DNA of 64,000 nt from Alphaproteobacteria bacterium (GTDB taxonomy: Bacteria; Pseudomonadota; Alphaproteobacteria; Bin95), in the NCBI GenBank assembly GCA_963665325.3, contig CAXXWS020000002.1, positions 64,001 to 128,000 on the forward strand, given 5' to 3'. This document shows, one piece after another, positions 61,011 to 64,000 of the stretch; positions within the stretch are counted from its first letter, which is position 1; the number at the start of each line of letters is the position of its first letter. The position numbers were made by a program, and so were the translations under genes. The notes under the pieces were generated by a model. The model ran no database searches and was not told the origin of the DNA. It worked only from the letters and a program-made list of their open reading frames with translations.

Positions 61011-62204
61011 TCAGGTGTTCGGGTCGTGCAGCACGGCCCAGGTGCCGTCAGCGGCATGGACATAGACATAGGGCTTGACCGCTTCGCCCTCGTCGGTCCG
61101 TGTGATCTCGCCGAGCAGGCCCTTCGTCGTCTTGAGCGTGGCCAGCCCGTCTCGGATCGCCCGGCGGTCGGCGTCCACGGAGTCCGCGGTCGCCTGGATG
61201 CCGGCGGTCTCGATGACGTCCTTGAGGATCATCATGATCTCCCAGGCGGCGGCCGAGTGCAGGTCGGCGGAACCGCCCAAAGCCGCGGCGGCGTCGGCGG
61301 CCGCGACCGCATCCGGGTTCACCGGCGCGAAGGAGGTCGGGATGATGATGCCCTCGGCCTGTTTGGCACAGCCGTTCAGGGTCTCGAGCGACGAGGACGA
61401 GGTCAGGCCGACCAGCACCTTGTATTCGACGCGCTGGCGGGCCATTTCCTTCAGCACGCCGCAGGTCGTGAAGGGATGCGCCGAAATGGCGATCACATCC
61501 GCGCCGGCGCGCTTCATCGCGCGCACCTGTGTGGTGAAGTTGGTGTCGTTCAGCAGCCACTTCGCCTCGCCCTTGACCTCATAGCCGGCGTCGGCCGAGC
61601 GCGTCTTCATCACCTTGTACCAGGTGAAGCGCGAGTGAGCGAAGTCCTCTTCGACGCCGCCATAGACGGACTTGGCATCCGGATGCTCGGAGGCGAGCCA
61701 CTCGAACAGGGTCTGGTACATCTGGCTCTCGTTCGGGACGTTGCGGAACGCCCATTCCGAAATTTTCGCCAGCCCGCCCTTGATGGCGGTGTCGGTGAAG
61801 ATCGGGAACTGCAGCCCGCTGTCGCCTTCGTCGCCGGCTTTCGCCTGCAGGATTCCGAACAGCGGCTCGGCGACATTCGAGCAGGTCGGACCCACGCCGA
61901 CCACGGCGTCGCTCGAGGCGATCCGGCGCACGACCGAAATGCCTTCCTCGGCGTTGCAGCGGTCATCGTCGAACGAGACTTCCATCGGCGCCATCGAGCC
62001 GTCGGCCAGCTTCACGCCGCCCGCGTCGTTGATCGCCTTGGCGGCGGCCCGCATCACGGCATCGGTGTTGATGCCGAACGAGCGGACGACGCCGGACATC
62101 GCGCCGAAACCGGCGATCTTGACCGTCCGGTCGGCGGCGTCGGCGGCAGTGCCGACCGACATCGCAACGCCGACGGCTGCGGCAATCGTCAACAGTCTCT
62201 TCAT
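61011..62204 (-). CDS. LivJ/K-like ABC substrate-binding protein
   Basis: Signal peptide, INDAGGV, DDRC, VGPTCS, WAFRN; GGAGG RBS. Confidence 0.92.
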   Translation of the reverse strand: MKRLLTIAAAVGVAMSVGTAADAADRTVKIAGFGAMSGVVRSFGINTDAVMRAAAKAINDAGGVKLADGSMAPMEVSFDDDRCNAEEGISVVRRIASSDAVVGVGPTCSNVAEPLFGILQAKAGDEGDSGLQFPIFTDTAIKGGLAKISEWAFRNVPNESQMYQTLFEWLASEHPDAKSVYGGVEEDFAHSRFTWYKVMKTRSADAGYEVKGEAKWLLNDTNFTTQVRAMKRAGADVIAISAHPFTTCGVLKEMARQRVEYKVLVGLTSSSSLETLNGCAKQAEGIIIPTSFAPVNPDAVAAADAAAALGGSADLHSAAAWEIMMILKDVIETAGIQATADSVDADRRAIRDGLATLKTTKGLLGEITRTDEGEAVKPYVYVHAADGTWAVLHDPNT

Positions 62205-62346
62205 GATCTTACCTCCCGTTGAAACTCCGGTTGCGCGGATGCCGCCAAGCAACACCGCGCTCCGGGGGCGCGTGCCTGCCGCATTCTAGATTGCGACAAT
62301 TTGGCGGTCAATCTGCCATGCTCGCCGAACGGGCGCGAAATAAGGG

Positions 62347-63840
62347 CTAATGCGTGCAGCGGGCGTGGCGCTCGATATGATAGTCCTCCCGGGCGAGTGC
62401 GAGAGCGAAGCTCCTGACCGGCCCCTCCAGTCGCTCCGCGGTGGCGCGTGCGCCTGCATTGGCGGCTGCGAGGCGTTCGGCCGCCGCTTCTGCATCGCGG
62501 GCGAGCTTCGCCTCGTTCACCGTCACCATGCGCCGGCCTTCCAGCACCATGCGCCCGCCGATCATCACCGATTCGACGCCCGTGCCGTCCTCGCCGTGCA
62601 CGACCTGGTTCACGGGGTCGTTGAGCGGGACATAGTTGATCTGCCCGAGGTCGAGGAAGACGATATCCGCCTTGCGGCCTGGTTCGACGGCGCCGATCTC
62701 GTCCCCGAAACCGAGCACGCTGGCGCTGCCCTTGGTGGCGAGGGTGAGGATCTCGTCCGTGGAGAGCCACCGCTCCGGGTCCAATTCCTGCACGCGGGAG
62801 ACCATCGAGGCGACCCGCATCGCCTCGAACATGTTGAGATTGTCGGAGCAGGTGCAGGCATCGGTGCCGATTCCGACCCTCACACCGGCGTCGAGCAGCG
62901 CCCGGGCCGCCGCGAGGCCGCTGCCGAGGCGTGCATTGGAGCCCGGATTGTGGGCGACGGCGCCGCCGGCATCCCCGATCCGTTGCATGTCGTCCCGGTC
63001 CAGCCACACCGCATGCGCGGCCGTGAAGCCGGGGCCGAGCACGCCGAGCCGGTCGAGATACGCCGTCTGGGTCATGCCGTAGAGGCGCATCCCGGCATGG
63101 GCCTGCACCTTCGACTCGCCAAGATGCGTGTGGAAGCCTGCCCCGTGCTCCGCCGCCGCCTCGTTCGCGGCCCTGAGGAACGCCTCGCTGCAGTGGTGGG
63201 GGATCGTCGGGGCGAGCGCGAGCCGGACCCGGTCGCGGGAGAAGGGCCACGACCTGAGCGCGCCCTCCCAGGCTGCGAGGCTCGTCGCAAACGGCTCGAC
63301 CGCCACCGCCTCGGCGTTGCGCCTCAGCGCGTCCGGCAGGGCATCCAGCAGACCGGGTATCGCCTGGTAGAAGGTGCGGTCGGCCATCATCGGGGCGACC
63401 ACGGCGCGCATCCCGACATCCCCGTAGGCGCGGCCGATGGCCTCCAGCCCGTCGGTCGTGGGCACGGGGAACTCGAAATTGAGGTCGTAGGCGGCGGTGC
63501 AGCCCTTGCGCACCATCTCTACCGCGCCGATGAGCGTCGAGAGGTACTTGTCCTCCAGCGTGCGGTTGCCCGTGATCCATGGTGCCGCGTTCAGCAGCAG
63601 TTCGAGGTTCCAGCGGTCGCCGAAGCTCTTGGCCAGGTTGTTGTGGCCGTGCGTGTGCGAGTTCACGAGGCCGGGCATAAGCAGCCGGCCGGTCGCATCC
63701 CGGAGCGTGGCGCCTTCCGGGGCCGCCATGCCGGGCGGCCCGACCGTATGTACCGTGTCGCCCTCGACGAGGATGTCGGCAGGTTCCGCCGAGTGGCGTT
63801 CGATATCGAGCAGCCGCCCGCCGCGAATGATCGTGTGCAT
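62347..63840 (-). CDS. Metal-dependent amidohydrolase (AtzA/TrzA/MTA-SAH deaminase-like)
   Basis: MPGLVNSHTH, HTHLGES, AHAVW, HNPGSN, GIGTD, GRKADIV. Confidence 0.9.
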   Translation of the reverse strand: MHTIIRGGRLLDIERHSAEPADILVEGDTVHTVGPPGMAAPEGATLRDATGRLLMPGLVNSHTHGHNNLAKSFGDRWNLELLLNAAPWITGNRTLEDKYLSTLIGAVEMVRKGCTAAYDLNFEFPVPTTDGLEAIGRAYGDVGMRAVVAPMMADRTFYQAIPGLLDALPDALRRNAEAVAVEPFATSLAAWEGALRSWPFSRDRVRLALAPTIPHHCSEAFLRAANEAAAEHGAGFHTHLGESKVQAHAGMRLYGMTQTAYLDRLGVLGPGFTAAHAVWLDRDDMQRIGDAGGAVAHNPGSNARLGSGLAAARALLDAGVRVGIGTDACTCSDNLNMFEAMRVASMVSRVQELDPERWLSTDEILTLATKGSASVLGFGDEIGAVEPGRKADIVFLDLGQINYVPLNDPVNQVVHGEDGTGVESVMIGGRMVLEGRRMVTVNEAKLARDAEAAAERLAAANAGARATAERLEGPVRSFALALAREDYHIERHARCTH

Positions 63841-63875
63841 GGGTTCCGTCCTCCTCGCTGCGGGGTTCGCGCCGC

Positions 63876-64000
63876 CTAGACGATGACCGTTTCTTCGCTC
63901 TCGGCCGACCAGGGAAAGAATATCCGCTCGACAATCACAACGAGCTGGAACAGCACCACGCCCAGCACCGAGAGCAGGATCAGCGCCCCGAACGCGACCG
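63876..64000 (-). CDS. ABC permease (NitT/TauC/SsuC-like), 3' end only
   Basis: Manual translation ...AFGALILLSVLGVVLFQLVVIVERIFFPWSAESEETVIV*. Confidence 0.7.
   Translation of the reverse strand, partial: VAFGALILLSVLGVVLFQLVVIVERIFFPWSAESEETVIV

Overview
High-GC bacterial chromosome segment, most consistent with an alphaproteobacterium (argD-argF-hslO order, GTTC-N7-GTTC box, CTAGAGC-type repeats). It is mostly metabolic: split metH, leuA with a Leu-rich leader peptide, argD/argF/hslO, nudC, ubiD, two tRNA-Leu genes, two nucleobase catabolism/salvage clusters (one with URC1/URC4/upp), and ABC transporters. No rRNA, CRISPR array or intact prophage was seen. Highlights the ORF track does not show: (1) a UGA-readthrough AhpC/Prx-like selenoprotein (U-P-Y-C) with a well-placed SECIS hairpin; (2) a dispersed element present twice, built as promoter, 75-bp conserved segment, LexA-type SOS box, ORF, then 10-bp-phased CATGACA repeats and a conserved tail. 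One copy encodes an orphan terminase-small-subunit-like protein; the other is miniature and brackets a thermonuclease gene. (3) A secreted C2-domain-like coiled-coil gene sits between two diverged copies of the ubiD 3' end. All calls come from reading motifs by eye; no database searches were run, and some start codons are best guesses.
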